NCBI GenBank assembly: GCA_902620405.1
Contig: CACNIC010000002.1
Span: forward strand, 68,084 to 132,083
Reading direction: 5' to 3'
Source: an uncultured SAR202 cluster bacterium
GTDB taxonomy: Bacteria > Chloroflexota > Dehalococcoidia > Lucifugimonadales > Lucifugimonadaceae
Length of the DNA stretch: 64,000 nucleotides
A program made the translations under genes and the position numbers. The notes beneath the pieces were generated by a model, which was not told the DNA's origin, ran no database searches, and saw only the letters and a program-made list of their open reading frames with translations. Shown here in pieces: positions 19,796-30,741 of this stretch. The stretch's first letter is position 1, and each line of letters starts with the position of its first letter.

Positions 19796-22519
19796 ATGGT
19801 ACTTCCTGAAAAAGATAATATTAGATTAATTGGCATTGAAGAAGAGATGTCTAATTCATACCTTGATTATGCTATGAGCGTAATTGTTTCAAGGGCACTT
19901 CCGGATGTTAGGGATGGATTAAAACCAGTTCAAAGAAGAATTCTTTACGCAATGTATGACACTGGAATGAGATCAAGTTCCTCGTTCAAAAAGAGCGCAA
20001 GATTAGTTGGTGAAGTGATGGGTAAGTATCATCCTCATGGTGATTCAGCAATTTATGAAGCTATGGTTAGGTTGGCTCAGTCATGGTCAATGAGATACAT
20101 GCTTGTTGAAGGTCAAGGTAATTTTGGTTCCACTGACGGTGATTCAGCAGCAGCAATGAGATATACAGAAGCAAAGTTAAGACCTATTTCAGACACCATG
20201 CTTTCAGACATAGAAAAAGAAACTGTTCCGTGGAATGATAACTTTGATGCTTCTATACAGGAGCCAAGTACGCTACCTGCAACATTGCCAAACCTTTTAG
20301 TTAATGGTGTTCAAGGAATTGCTGTCGGCATGGCAACCAACATGGCACCTCATAATTTAACCGAAGTATGTGATGCCATAGTATTTTTAGTTGATAATCC
20401 TGAATGCTCAGTTGATGAATTAATGGTTCATATTAAAGCGCCAGATTTCCCAACAGGAGCTCATATATGGGGAACTGATGGAGTTAAATCAGCTTACTCT
20501 ACCGGAAGAGGAAGAGTAATGATTCAAGCTAATCACAATGTTGAGTTTATGAATAAACAAGAAGATAGAATTAGATTAGTTTTTGATGAACTTCCATATC
20601 AGGTAAATAAAGCTAATCTAGTGATGAGGATAGCTGAATTGATGAAGCTAAAAAAGATTGACGGTATATCTGAAGTAAGGGATGAGTCTGACAGAAAAGG
20701 AACCAGGTTAGTTGTTGAATTGAAGAGAGGTGCTAGCGAATTTGTTGTTCTCAATAATTTATACAAATTAACACCACTAAGGACATCTTTTTCAATAAAT
20801 ATGGTTGCTTTAGTTGATGGATCCCCAAGAGTATTAAACCTTAAGCAAATTTTAAAATATTATGTTGATTTTAGGGTTGATATTGTTACAAAAAGAGCTG
20901 AATTTGACCTTAAGAAGGCTCAAGCAAGAATTCATATCCTTGAAGGTTTAAGGGTAGCATTGCAAAATATTGATGAAGTTGTTGAAACAATTAAATCTGC
21001 TGGGCCAGTTGAAGAAGCTAGGGAAGCCTTAATGACAAGATTCGATTTGACTGAAATTCAGTCTCAGGCAATCCTTGATATGCAACTTAGAAGAATTGCT
21101 GCTTTAGAAACTGAAAAAATTGAATCTGAATACAATGAATTAAAAGAATTGATAAAAGATCTAAATGATTTGTTATCTAATAAATCAAGGATTTATGATG
21201 TTATAAAAACTGAAACAATTGAACTTAAAGATAAATATGGTGACAAGAGATTAACCAAATTACATAAAGAAGAATTGGGTCAGTGGAATAGAGAGGATGT
21301 TGAACCACACGAAGAATGTGTCGTAACGCTAAGTAGAAATGGTTATTTAAAAAGGATAAAGAGCGATACATTTAGGAGGCAGCATAGAGGTGGTAAAGGT
21401 GTTAAAGGTCAAAAAATGACTAAAGAAGATGACGTTACACCATACATGCAAATTGCAGATACCCACGACACCATATTGTTTTTTACTGACAAGGGTAGAG
21501 TCTTTTCATCAAGAGTATTTGATCTTCCTGCCAATCAAAGTAGAAATAGCAGAGGAACTCCAGTACACAACATTGTTGCTTTAGAACAAAGAGAAAAAGT
21601 TAATGCAATTTTAACTGTTCCTGAAATAAATCAAGAATTAGAATCTTATATTGTTATGGCTACCAAAAATGGTGTTATAAAAACCATGGATATATCTAAA
21701 TTTAAGAATTTAAGAAAATCTGGACTTCATTCTTTCAAGCTCAAACAAGATGATGAGCTTGTTTCAGTTGCACTTGCAATTCCTCCATCAAATATCAGCA
21801 AAAATAACATTATTAAATTAACAGAGAATAAGAAAAATCCAGATAGAGGTATATCTTATCAATTGGACACAATTGTTGAAATTGATGGTCCAATAGAAAT
21901 AGATCCTGAAAACCCAAATCCAAATATCTTAAAAAAAGAAAATGGAAGAAAATATTTTTCAATAGTTGACAACAAAGGAAAAATAATTGGCCAAAAAATA
22001 TATCCAGACATTGTATTGATTTCTGATGCAGGAAAATCAATAAGATTTCCAGTTGAATCTGTAAGACCTCAAGGAAGAATTGCTGGTGGTGTAAGAGGAA
22101 TGAAGATTGAAAATAAAGAAAAGATTGTTGCTATGGTTTTGGCGTATGCTGACAAGGATAGTTATTTGCTTGTTGCTAGTCAAAAGGGTTTTGGTAAATT
22201 ATCCTCAATGGATAATTACAGAACTCAATCCAGAGGAGGTAGGGGTGTCATGACTATGAAAATTACTTCTAAAAATGGAAAAGTATCTGATGCTCAGGCA
22301 GTAAGAATGGATAGAGAAGCAGGAACAGCTGATAGTGTTTACCTACTTACAGAAAAAGCAGTAGTTCAGGAGATTCCTCTTGATGAAATTAGTATTTACG
22401 GAAGAGTAACTCAAGGTTCAACATTAATGAAATTACAATCTGGCGATAAAATTTCGGCAATCAGGGCTGTTTCTGCAGAATCTGCAGAACCTGAAAAATC
22501 TAATAATTCAAAGAAATAA
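19796..22519 (+). CDS. gyrA: DNA gyrase subunit A
   Basis: [17 protein letters not shown], active-site [10 protein letters not shown], GyrA-box [12 protein letters not shown], and beta-pinwheel repeats. No gyrB is adjacent. Confidence 0.95.
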   Translation: MVLPEKDNIRLIGIEEEMSNSYLDYAMSVIVSRALPDVRDGLKPVQRRILYAMYDTGMRSSSSFKKSARLVGEVMGKYHPHGDSAIYEAMVRLAQSWSMRYMLVEGQGNFGSTDGDSAAAMRYTEAKLRPISDTMLSDIEKETVPWNDNFDASIQEPSTLPATLPNLLVNGVQGIAVGMATNMAPHNLTEVCDAIVFLVDNPECSVDELMVHIKAPDFPTGAHIWGTDGVKSAYSTGRGRVMIQANHNVEFMNKQEDRIRLVFDELPYQVNKANLVMRIAELMKLKKIDGISEVRDESDRKGTRLVVELKRGASEFVVLNNLYKLTPLRTSFSINMVALVDGSPRVLNLKQILKYYVDFRVDIVTKRAEFDLKKAQARIHILEGLRVALQNIDEVVETIKSAGPVEEAREALMTRFDLTEIQSQAILDMQLRRIAALETEKIESEYNELKELIKDLNDLLSNKSRIYDVIKTETIELKDKYGDKRLTKLHKEELGQWNREDVEPHEECVVTLSRNGYLKRIKSDTFRRQHRGGKGVKGQKMTKEDDVTPYMQIADTHDTILFFTDKGRVFSSRVFDLPANQSRNSRGTPVHNIVALEQREKVNAILTVPEINQELESYIVMATKNGVIKTMDISKFKNLRKSGLHSFKLKQDDELVSVALAIPPSNISKNNIIKLTENKKNPDRGISYQLDTIVEIDGPIEIDPENPNPNILKKENGRKYFSIVDNKGKIIGQKIYPDIVLISDAGKSIRFPVESVRPQGRIAGGVRGMKIENKEKIVAMVLAYADKDSYLLVASQKGFGKLSSMDNYRTQSRGGRGVMTMKITSKNGKVSDAQAVRMDREAGTADSVYLLTEKAVVQEIPLDEISIYGRVTQGSTLMKLQSGDKISAIRAVSAESAEPEKSNNSKK

Positions 22520-22527
22520 GATTTGAT

Positions 22528-22977
22528 TTGGACCCAAAGCGCTTAAAATCAGCTTGGAGATTAATTCCTACAACTGTAGGAATTTTAATTCTTAAAAACA
22601 GCAAGGATAACTATAGCGGAATAACTATTAACAGCTTTTTTTCTGTTTCTATAGACCATTCAATTTTAGCTGTGTCCTTATCAAATAATTCAAACACAAT
22701 GAAGTATATGGATAAGGAAACAGTATTTAGTATTTCTGTTTTAAACTCATCTCAAAAACATTATGCTGATTTTTTTAGCAAAAAGGATAAAGAAATCGTT
22801 CCTAGCAACCTGCTATTTAATACAAGTGATGAGGGGATTAGATCAATAAAAGATGCTTCAATTATTTTTTATTGCAAATGGGATTCATCAAATATAGTTA
22901 AAGATCATACAATAATTTATTCTAAGATCTTTGATGTTGAGTTCAATAATAATGACCCATTAATTTGGAAGTTTTAA
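22528..22977 (+). CDS. flavin reductase-like (FMN-binding split-barrel) domain protein
   Basis: AWRLIPTTVGILIL...GITINSFFSVSIDHSILAVSL resembles the Flavin_Reduct pattern. TTG start. Weak call. Confidence 0.45.
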   Translation: MDPKRLKSAWRLIPTTVGILILKNSKDNYSGITINSFFSVSIDHSILAVSLSNNSNTMKYMDKETVFSISVLNSSQKHYADFFSKKDKEIVPSNLLFNTSDEGIRSIKDASIIFYCKWDSSNIVKDHTIIYSKIFDVEFNNNDPLIWKF

Positions 22978-23004
22978 AAATAGTTAAAATTATTTAAATA
23001 AATA

Positions 23005-23033
23005 TTGACCTACATCAATTAGAAATGTAAAAT
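23005..23033 (+). promoter_or_regulatory. candidate sigma70-type promoter for rplU-rpmA-rpmE
   Basis: TTGACC (23005-23010), a 17-nt spacer, then TAAAAT (23028-23033), 27 nt before the rplU ATG. AT-rich background makes chance matches likely. Confidence 0.35.
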
Positions 23034-23060
23034 TTTCAAGTTAAATTTAATATAAATATT

Positions 23061-23435
23061 ATGGAAGATTACGCAGTAATAAAAACAGGTGGTAAACAGT
23101 ATCTTGTAGAAAAAGGTACTCTTTTAAATATTGAAAAAATTGATGGAAAGCCTGGTGAAAAAGTTTCGTTTGATGATGTTCTACTTACTTCGCTATCTGG
23201 AAAAGTAAATATTGGAAAACCGATTGTAAAAAATTCTAGTGTAATCGGAGAGATAAAAAGTCAATTTAAAGGGCCTAAAGTAAAAGGCATAAGATATAAA
23301 AATAAAACAAGGCATTCAGTTAGAACCGGACATAGACAGCAGTTAACATCTGTTGAAATAATGGATCTCTCAAAATCACCTGCAAAGGCTAAAACTGGAT
23401 CAAAATCAAAAAAGGAAGATAAAGATGGCTCATAA
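23061..23435 (+). CDS. rplU: 50S ribosomal protein L21 (Lys-rich C-terminal extension)
   Basis: [16 protein letters not shown]...[21 protein letters not shown]. Confidence 0.9.
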   Translation: MEDYAVIKTGGKQYLVEKGTLLNIEKIDGKPGEKVSFDDVLLTSLSGKVNIGKPIVKNSSVIGEIKSQFKGPKVKGIRYKNKTRHSVRTGHRQQLTSVEIMDLSKSPAKAKTGSKSKKEDKDGS

Positions 23436-23697
23436 AAAAGGTGGAGGTACTTCAAAAAATGGAAGAGATAGTGCTGGGAAAAGGCTTGGGGTAAAAGTTT
23501 ATGCTGGGACTGAAGTATCAGCTGGGTCAATTTTAGTTAGGCAGCGTGGAACATCTGTGAAGCCAGGAAAAAATGTAGGTGTTGGTAAAGACCACACATT
23601 GTTTGCTTTAATTGATGGTGTAGTTGAATTTGATATGAAACCAAGAGTGCAAAAAGATAAAAAAGAACAAAAAAGGGTAAATGTGGTATCAAAATGA
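23425..23697 (+). CDS. rpmA: 50S ribosomal protein L27
   Basis: [28 protein letters not shown]...ILVRQRGT. No N-terminal propeptide. Confidence 0.95.
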   Translation: MAHKKGGGTSKNGRDSAGKRLGVKVYAGTEVSAGSILVRQRGTSVKPGKNVGVGKDHTLFALIDGVVEFDMKPRVQKDKKEQKRVNVVSK

Positions 23698-23894
23698 AGA
23701 ATGAAATTCATCCAGAATATTTTAATGCTGAAGTAAGTTGTGTTTGCGGACATAAATACAATACTGGTGCAACTCAAAAAGAAATTAAAGTTGAAATTTG
23801 TAGTAAATGCCATCCATTTTACACTGGTGAACAAAGGATTGTGGATACTGAGGGCAGGGTTGAAAGAATGAGAAGAAGATACAGTATTAAATAA
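23694..23894 (+). CDS. rpmE: 50S ribosomal protein L31
   Basis: MKNEIHPEY...[28 protein letters not shown]. Confidence 0.9.
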   Translation: MKNEIHPEYFNAEVSCVCGHKYNTGATQKEIKVEICSKCHPFYTGEQRIVDTEGRVERMRRRYSIK

Positions 23895-23896
23895 CG

Positions 23897-24778
23897 TTGT
23901 CTGAAAAATCTCAAAATACTTATGGCGGCCAAGCACTCATTGAAGGCGTCATGATTAGAGGTAAGAAAACTGCGGTACTGTCTGTTCGTTCACCCGAAGG
24001 TGAAATAATAAGGAAAGAAGTAAAATTTTCCAGATTTTATAACCCTAAATTACTAAAAATACCTCTAATAAGGGGCATTTTAAATTTAATAGATAGTCTT
24101 ATTGTTGGCACTAAAGCTTTAAATTATTCTGCTGTAGTAGCTGAGGGTAAAGATTACGATGAGAAAAGTAATTCAGGATTTAATTTAGGAATTTTAATTT
24201 TAATTTCACTGACTATAGCAATTGGCCTTTTCTTTGTGACCCCAGCATTAATATCCCAGCTTTTTGAAAAAATAGGATTCAATAAAATAATGATATCCAT
24301 TTCTGAAGGAATTTTGAGATTAATTTTAGTAATTAGTTATATCTTTGTGATTGGATTGTCTAAAGATATTAAGCGAGTTTTTCAGTATCATGGGGCTGAA
24401 CATATGGCTGTTTGGGCTCACGAAGATGGCAAAGAATTAACAAAAGACTCTATTTCAAATTATACCAAAGAGCACCCAAGATGCGGAACTTCATTCATAC
24501 TTATTGTTGTAATGGTCAGCATAGTTGTATTTATGTTTTTTCCTAGAGAAAACATCATATTATTTATAATTTCTCGTATTGTATTGGTTCCCGTGATAGC
24601 TGGTATTAGTTATGAACTACTTAAATTTGGTAGTAAGAGTAGATTTAAATTATTTAAAACGTTATTGAATGGACCCGGGATCTTGATTCAAAAAATAACT
24701 ACCAGGGAACCTGAAGACGACCAGATGGATGTAGCGATAGATAGCATGAATTATGCAATCGAGCTCAATGAAAATTAA
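23897..24778 (+). CDS. DUF1385 family membrane protein
   Basis: YGGQALIEGVMIRG near the N-terminus, YHGAEHM, EHPRCGTSF, and several TM helices. Confidence 0.7.
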   Translation: MSEKSQNTYGGQALIEGVMIRGKKTAVLSVRSPEGEIIRKEVKFSRFYNPKLLKIPLIRGILNLIDSLIVGTKALNYSAVVAEGKDYDEKSNSGFNLGILILISLTIAIGLFFVTPALISQLFEKIGFNKIMISISEGILRLILVISYIFVIGLSKDIKRVFQYHGAEHMAVWAHEDGKELTKDSISNYTKEHPRCGTSFILIVVMVSIVVFMFFPRENIILFIISRIVLVPVIAGISYELLKFGSKSRFKLFKTLLNGPGILIQKITTREPEDDQMDVAIDSMNYAIELNEN

Positions 24779-25383
24779 TGTTTTTTTCTCTTTTCAAATT
24801 CTTTAGAAATATCATTAAAATTTATATTCTTACTTGATATTAAAACCATAAAATGAAATAGTAGGTCGCACGCCTCTTCAACGATCCTTGTGCTGTTTTC
24901 ATTAGTAGAATTATATTCAACAATTAATTCACACAATTCTTCAATTACTTTTTGAGATATTAAATCATTACCATTTGAAAATAATTTTGAAGTATAAGAC
25001 TTAATATCAGGATTAATTTTTTTATTTTCAATAACTTCAAATATTTCGTCGATTATATAAGGGTTTCCAAATTTTAATTCTTCAAGATTTGGGTCGTGGA
25101 AACACATTGTTTCTCCGGTATGACATGTTGGACCTTTTGGGTCTACAGTTATTAGTAAAACATCTTTATCGCAATCAGTGGTAATACTTACTACTTCTAA
25201 ATAATTTTTACTAGTTTCGCCTTTTTCCCATAATCTTTTTTTTGATCTGCTATAAAACCAGACATTAGGTCCTTTGATTGTTCTTTTAAGAGCTTCACCA
25301 TTCATATAGCCCATCATTAAAATATCTTTTGACTTTGAGTCTTGAATTATTGCTGGAATAAGCATTGTTTCTAAATTTTCCAT
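24775..25383 (-). CDS. hisIE: bifunctional phosphoribosyl-AMP cyclohydrolase / phosphoribosyl-ATP pyrophosphatase
   Basis: HisI part: LIPAIIQD...MMGYMN...WFYSRSK.RLWEKGETS...CHTGE. HisE-like helical C-terminus: EELCELIVE...EEACDLLFHFMVL. Confidence 0.85.
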   Translation of the reverse strand: MENLETMLIPAIIQDSKSKDILMMGYMNGEALKRTIKGPNVWFYSRSKKRLWEKGETSKNYLEVVSITTDCDKDVLLITVDPKGPTCHTGETMCFHDPNLEELKFGNPYIIDEIFEVIENKKINPDIKSYTSKLFSNGNDLISQKVIEELCELIVEYNSTNENSTRIVEEACDLLFHFMVLISSKNINFNDISKEFEKRKKH

Positions 25384-25384
25384 A

Positions 25385-26149
25385 TCACAATCTTACAGAA
25401 ACTCCCTTTGAATTTAAAAATTTCTTTACTTGTTGAATAGTTAATTCTTCAAAATGAAAAATACTGGCTGCTAAAACTGCATCAGAATTACCTGCGACAA
25501 GTGCGTCATGAATATGTTGCATAGATCCTGCTCCACCACTTGCAATTACAGGGATATTAACTTCATTTGAAACCCTATTTAACAGATCCAAGTCATATCC
25601 TTCTTTGTTTCCGTCCATATCCATGCTTGTTAGAAGAATTTCACCAGCACCATACTCATTTGCTTTTTTTGCCCACTCAATTACATTTATACCTGTATCT
25701 TTTCTGCCACCATATGTGTATACATTCCAACTCTCATCAGTTTTCTTTGCATCTATAGCTACCACAATACATTGCGACCCAAATTTGCTTGATGATTTTT
25801 TTATAAATTCTGGATTTTCAATTGCAGAAGTATTAATTGATACCTTATCTGCTCCAGCTAATAATAATTCAGAAATATTATCTAAATTTCTTATCCCGCC
25901 TCCTACAGTTAGCGGAATAAATACTTCTGAAGAAACTTTTTCAACAACATCAATTATTGCCTTTCTTTGCTCATGGCTTGCTGTTATATCTAAAAATACT
26001 AATTCATCAGCACCTTCATTATTGTAATGCTTTGATAATTCACTTGGATCTCCAGCATCAACCAAGTTAATAAAACTTTTACCTTTTACAACTCTGCCTT
26101 TATCAATATCAAGACAAGGAATTATTCTCTTACTAAGTTTATTATTCAT
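25385..26149 (-). CDS. hisF: imidazole glycerol phosphate synthase cyclase subunit
   Basis: [44 protein letters not shown]. Confidence 0.95.
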   Translation of the reverse strand: MNNKLSKRIIPCLDIDKGRVVKGKSFINLVDAGDPSELSKHYNNEGADELVFLDITASHEQRKAIIDVVEKVSSEVFIPLTVGGGIRNLDNISELLLAGADKVSINTSAIENPEFIKKSSSKFGSQCIVVAIDAKKTDESWNVYTYGGRKDTGINVIEWAKKANEYGAGEILLTSMDMDGNKEGYDLDLLNRVSNEVNIPVIASGGAGSMQHIHDALVAGNSDAVLAASIFHFEELTIQQVKKFLNSKGVSVRL

Positions 26150-26847
26150 AATTCCCTAACATTTATTTTACCTTCGTATAAAGCTTTTCCTACAACTGCT
26201 CCGTGTATATCCAATTCATTTAATTTATTTAAATGTTCTTTCAGTGATATTCCACCAGCTGCAATTATTTTTTCACCAGTTAATTTTTTAAGCTCTCTAT
26301 ACATTTTATAGTTTGGTTCAGTTAATGTTCCATCCTTTTCCACATCTGTAATCATGAATTCCTTAACACCAATACCCTTCATGTTATTTATTAATTCTTT
26401 GTATGTAATATTTGTTTCTTTTGTCCAGCCACTTATCTTAATTTTTTCCTTATAAAGATCTATACCAACAATTACTTTATCATTACCACATTTTGAAATT
26501 GTTTTATAAATTTCATTAGGACTTTTTATTGCTGCGGTACCAAATATTACTTTAGAAATTCCAATATCAAACATATTTTTTGATGTTTCAAAGTTTCTAA
26601 TACCTCCACCAAGTTGAATTTCTAAATCAGTTTCTTTCTTTATCTTTGTTATTGTTGATAAATTTTTTTGATTACCATTCAATGCTCCTTGCAAGTCAAC
26701 AATATGTATTCTGCTTATTCCATGAGCTTTCCATTCATTACATAAATCAATAGGGTCTACATCATATATTTTCTTCTCAGAATAATTACCTTTAAAAAGC
26801 CTAACTACTTCTCCATCAATAAGGTCTATCGCAGGAATAATAATCAT
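26146..26847 (-). CDS. hisA: ProFAR isomerase
   Basis: [47 protein letters not shown]. Confidence 0.9.
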   Translation of the reverse strand: MIIIPAIDLIDGEVVRLFKGNYSEKKIYDVDPIDLCNEWKAHGISRIHIVDLQGALNGNQKNLSTITKIKKETDLEIQLGGGIRNFETSKNMFDIGISKVIFGTAAIKSPNEIYKTISKCGNDKVIVGIDLYKEKIKISGWTKETNITYKELINNMKGIGVKEFMITDVEKDGTLTEPNYKMYRELKKLTGEKIIAAGGISLKEHLNKLNELDIHGAVVGKALYEGKINVREL

Positions 26848-27473
26848 ATTTTTAAATAATTGATAAAGTTTTGATAAATTTTTATTCCATCATTCCCGCT
26901 TTTTTCTGGATGAAATTGAGTCGCAAAAATATTTTTATATTCAATTGATGAGCAAATTTTATTCCCATAATAAGTGTATGAAGTAATAATATTTTCATCT
27001 GAAGGCACACATTCATAACTGTGAACATAGTAAAAGAAGGATTTATTTTTAACATTTTTAAATTTATTACTTTTTTTTGGGAAATATGTTTCATTCCATC
27101 CCATATGAGGAATTTTTAAGTCATTAATTTGTTTAATTTTTTTTACTTCACCGTCTATCAACCCGAGCCCATTTTTCTTTCCCTCTTCTGATTTATTAAA
27201 TAACAATTGCATTCCTAAGCAAATTCCAAATATTGGTGCCTTTCTATTATTTGCTTCCAATAATGCATCAGACATGCCTGAATCATTCAAAACTTGCATA
27301 GCGGCATCAAATGCACCAACACCTGGGAGAATAATTGCACTAACTTTATTGAATTCTGATGGATTATTTAGTTCAGTATAGTTGCAGTTAATATACTCTA
27401 AAGCTTTTTTGACGCTATGTATGTTTGCATACCTATGATTAATAATACCTAAGGTTAATGTTTTGCTACTCAC
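26844..27473 (-). CDS. hisH: imidazole glycerol phosphate synthase glutaminase subunit
   Basis: ILPGVGAFD, GICLGMQLL (nucleophile Cys), FYYVHSY, QFHPEKSG. Confidence 0.9.
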   Translation of the reverse strand: MSSKTLTLGIINHRYANIHSVKKALEYINCNYTELNNPSEFNKVSAIILPGVGAFDAAMQVLNDSGMSDALLEANNRKAPIFGICLGMQLLFNKSEEGKKNGLGLIDGEVKKIKQINDLKIPHMGWNETYFPKKSNKFKNVKNKSFFYYVHSYECVPSDENIITSYTYYGNKICSSIEYKNIFATQFHPEKSGNDGIKIYQNFINYLKI

Positions 27474-28024
27474 TATTTTTTTCTTATACCTCTGATTTTT
27501 TTTATTTTTTTTCCTTCATCCTCAAGCCTGCCTAAAACAAATAAAAGGTCACTAATCCTATTTAAATAAACTAATATAAATTTATTAACTTTTTTATTGC
27601 TATTAATGCTGACAACAACCCTTTCTAATCTCCTTGCAACTGTTCTTGAGACATCTATTGCTGCTGAACTTGAACTTGTGCCAGGCATAATGAATTCGTT
27701 ACCTAAATTTACATTCTCAGTAATTGAGTCAATTAATTTTTCAATTTCATTTACGTTTGTTTGAGTTATAACATTAATAATATCTACAGCTTTATCAGAA
27801 TCTGAGGATAATTCTGCTCCAATTTTAAATAATGAATGTTGTAGCATTTCAAGTGTTTTAATTACTTTTGGATTTTCACATAAAGTTTTTGCAAAACCTA
27901 ATGATGAAACCAATTCATCAACAGTCCCAAAAGCTTCGACCCGTACGTCATTTTTTGAAAGTTTTCCGCCTAGAAACAGATTTGTTTCTCCTTTGTCACC
28001 GTTCTTTGTATATATCTTTGTCAT
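27473..28024 (-). CDS. ATP:cob(I)alamin adenosyltransferase, PduO type
   Basis: MTKIYTKNGDKGETNL...RVEAFGTVDEL and a four-helix-bundle-sized protein of 183 aa. Confidence 0.8.
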   Translation of the reverse strand: MTKIYTKNGDKGETNLFLGGKLSKNDVRVEAFGTVDELVSSLGFAKTLCENPKVIKTLEMLQHSLFKIGAELSSDSDKAVDIINVITQTNVNEIEKLIDSITENVNLGNEFIMPGTSSSSAAIDVSRTVARRLERVVVSINSNKKVNKFILVYLNRISDLLFVLGRLEDEGKKIKKIRGIRKK

Positions 28025-28080
28025 ATTTTTCTTAAGTTAATGTAGAGTTATAGAATAATGTATAATAAAATTATATAACA

Positions 28081-28431
28081 ATGGTTAATCAAGTACCCGT
28101 AAATACAATAAAAATTACTGAAAAAGCTGCAAATAAAGTAAAAACTTTTGCTGAGCAAGATGGTAAATCTAATTTTGCACTTAGAGTTGCAGTAAAAGGT
28201 GGCGGTTGTTCTGGGTTAACCTATGATCTTGAAATTACTGATAAAGATGCATCATCGGATGAAAAGATTATTATACAGCATGATGTTGAAGTAAGAGTAC
28301 CAAAAAAATCCTTTATATTTCTTGCCGGAACAACTTTGGATTTTTCGGATGGGTTAAATGGAAAAGGTTTTGTATTTTCAAATCCGAATGCAAAAAAATC
28401 TTGTGGTTGCGGAACTTCTTTCGCAGTTTAA
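28081..28431 (+). CDS. HesB/IscA/ErpA-type iron-sulfur cluster insertion protein
   Basis: LRVAVKGGGCSGLTYDL and C-terminal SCGCGTSF. Confidence 0.8.
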   Translation: MVNQVPVNTIKITEKAANKVKTFAEQDGKSNFALRVAVKGGGCSGLTYDLEITDKDASSDEKIIIQHDVEVRVPKKSFIFLAGTTLDFSDGLNGKGFVFSNPNAKKSCGCGTSFAV

Positions 28432-29249
28432 TGACATTAAAATATTTTTATAAGCCTGACCTACTTAGTTTTTTTTCTTTATCGGGCAAAGACTCAATTG
28501 ACCTCATTAACAGGTTATCAACAAACAATATCAGTGATACTGATAATAAAATAACTAAAACAATTTTTACAAATGAAAATGGTCGCATAATAGATGTTGC
28601 TTCAATTTGGAGAATAAATGATGAAAAACTAATATTAATTTGTAATACTGAAAATAAAAAATCTTTAATTGAATGGATAGATAAATTTACATTTGAAGAA
28701 GATATTCATTTAAAAGAAAGCGATCAGTACCAACTCATTCATGCTTTTAACGACAATAAGACAATTCAGTTTAAAAATTTTGATTTAGTTGATAATAATA
28801 TAAAGCAATTTAACGATGATTTTGAATTTTTTTATATTTCAAAATCGTCATTTTTAAATCAACACGAAACAATAGATTTAATTTTTGATAAAAAATTATC
28901 TGATGAAGTTTATGGCACCTTACTTTCACAAGATTTTAAGGAAATTAATCATGATCAGTTTTCATCCTTTAAAATAAAAAATGTTATTCCTTTTGGTCAT
29001 AACGAAATTAATTTATATTTTAATCCATTAGAATTAAATTTAATTCATTTAATAGATTTTGATAAAGGTTGCTACGTTGGTCAAGAAGTAATTGCAAGAC
29101 TAGATACCTATAATAAAGTCCAAAAAAAACTAATTATGATTAATAAAGTAAATTCTGAAAATTTAATTAATAGTCCTGGCAGCCAAATAACATCTGAGGA
29201 TAAAGATAATTGCATGATTGTGGTGAGAAAAAAATTTCTTGATAATTAA
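28431..29249 (+). CDS. YgfZ/GcvT-like folate-binding protein
   Basis: Signature KGCYVGQEVIARL near the C-terminus. ATG at 28431 overlaps the upstream stop (TAATG). The track's earlier start lies inside the upstream gene. Confidence 0.6.
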   Translation: MTLKYFYKPDLLSFFSLSGKDSIDLINRLSTNNISDTDNKITKTIFTNENGRIIDVASIWRINDEKLILICNTENKKSLIEWIDKFTFEEDIHLKESDQYQLIHAFNDNKTIQFKNFDLVDNNIKQFNDDFEFFYISKSSFLNQHETIDLIFDKKLSDEVYGTLLSQDFKEINHDQFSSFKIKNVIPFGHNEINLYFNPLELNLIHLIDFDKGCYVGQEVIARLDTYNKVQKKLIMINKVNSENLINSPGSQITSEDKDNCMIVVRKKFLDN

Positions 29250-29995
29250 GTTACCAATGATCTTCCGCCATCAATAATTATATTTTGACCTCTTATCATA
29301 TTTGATTCTTCGCTAATTAAAAAATTTACTAAATTGCTTACATCCTTCCCTTCTAGAGGTTTTCCAGCAGGTGTTTTATATAAATCTGATTTATTAACAT
29401 CCGCATCGTCTGGAAATGAATCTAAAGCTCTTGTTTTAATAATGCCTGGAGAAATTGAATTAACTCTTATCCCTTTTTCAGCAAGTTCAATAGCTAAATA
29501 TCTTGTCATAGCCTCTAAAGAAGATTTTGATAATCCAACTGAAAAATAATTTGATAAAACTCTTTGAGAACCAAGACTTGTTATATTAATAATTGAAGAA
29601 CCTCCTGGCATTATTTTGCTTATATTCTTTGATAATATCCAAGGTGATTTTGAATTTGTGCTCATAACCCAATCCCAATGTTTATTAGTTAGCATATTTG
29701 AATTTTTATTTATTCCTGTGGCTGCATTATTCACAAGGTAATCAATATGATCAAAATCACTTATGATGTTATTGCAAAATTTTTCAACCTGTTCTTCTTT
29801 TGATAAATCAACTTTATAAATATAACAATTAGAGCCAGCTTTTTTAATTTCGTCTAAAGTAGTTAATGCACCATCCTTGTCTCTAAGATAAGTAATAATT
29901 ACATCAATATTTTTTTCAGATAATCCTATAGAAATAGACTGCCCAATACCTTTTGAGCCACCAGTAACAATTGCAATTTTTTTCTTATTGCTCAT
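29246..29995 (-). CDS. fabL: enoyl-[acyl-carrier-protein] reductase, FabL type (SDR)
   Basis: IVTGGSKGIG, NNAA, HWDWVMSTN, SLGSQRVLSNYFSVGLSKSSLEAMTRYLAIEL, TPAGK, MIRGQNIIIDGGRSL. By eye it parallels B. subtilis FabL along its whole length. Confidence 0.75.
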   Translation of the reverse strand: MSNKKKIAIVTGGSKGIGQSISIGLSEKNIDVIITYLRDKDGALTTLDEIKKAGSNCYIYKVDLSKEEQVEKFCNNIISDFDHIDYLVNNAATGINKNSNMLTNKHWDWVMSTNSKSPWILSKNISKIMPGGSSIINITSLGSQRVLSNYFSVGLSKSSLEAMTRYLAIELAEKGIRVNSISPGIIKTRALDSFPDDADVNKSDLYKTPAGKPLEGKDVSNLVNFLISEESNMIRGQNIIIDGGRSLVT

Positions 29996-29997
29996 TA

Positions 29998-30741
29998 TTA
30001 AATTGCCATTCCTCCATCAATTCTTACAACTTCTCCTGTCATATATTTTGCTTTATCTGAAGCCATGAAAGCAGCCATTCCAGAAATTTCATCTGGTGTT
30101 CCAAATCTATTCATTGGGATCCATGTCATAATGTGATCTTTTAATTTATCGGACAATACATCTACCGTTGCTGTTTGGATATATCCTGGAGCAATTGCAT
30201 TAACAGTAATTCCTCTTGTTGCTAACTCTTTTGCCAAAGAGTAAGTAAAAGAATGAATCGCTCCCTTAGAGGCTGAATAATTAGATTGCCCAATGTTGCC
30301 TCTTATACCAACAACCGATGTAATATTAATTATTCTACCCCATCTATTTTTGATCATTGAAGGTACGCAAGCTTTAGTACAAAAGTAAGTACCTTTTAAA
30401 TTTGTATTTATCACTTTATCAAAATCTTCATCTTTCATTCTCATTAATAAATTATCTGAAATAATTCCAGCATTATTTACTAGTATTTCAACTGGACCAA
30501 ACTTATTAACTGATTCTTCTATCATTTTACTTACGGATTCTTTATCAGAAACATTCCCTTTTACAACGTGAGCATCTGAACCAAGATCCTTGATCTTTTT
30601 AACAACTTCATCGGCATCTTTTTGGTGAGAATTAAAGTTTACTGATATATTGTGACCTTCCTTAGCAAGATCAATAGCAATAGCTTCTCCAATTCCTCTT
30701 GAAGCCCCAGTAACTAATGCATGTCTCTTTTTATCAGCCAT
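29998..30741 (-). CDS. fabG: 3-oxoacyl-[acyl-carrier-protein] reductase
   Basis: ALVTGASRGIG, LVNNAGI, YSASKGA, RGITVNAIAPGYI, ITGEVVRIDGGMAI-type C-terminus. Confidence 0.85.
   Translation of the reverse strand: MADKKRHALVTGASRGIGEAIAIDLAKEGHNISVNFNSHQKDADEVVKKIKDLGSDAHVVKGNVSDKESVSKMIEESVNKFGPVEILVNNAGIISDNLLMRMKDEDFDKVINTNLKGTYFCTKACVPSMIKNRWGRIINITSVVGIRGNIGQSNYSASKGAIHSFTYSLAKELATRGITVNAIAPGYIQTATVDVLSDKLKDHIMTWIPMNRFGTPDEISGMAAFMASDKAKYMTGEVVRIDGGMAI

Noticed and set aside
21791-22006. GyrA insertion as an intein or mobile element
   Set aside because: It is only ~72 aa. It has no Cys/Ser/Thr at the N-terminal junction followed by intein blocks, no terminal His-Asn, and no endonuclease motifs. 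It looks like a loop or domain insertion.
23499-23936. 145-aa minus-strand ORF spanning rpmA, rpmE and the DUF1385 start
   Set aside because: It runs antisense across three compact, conserved genes, and I recognise no domain in it.
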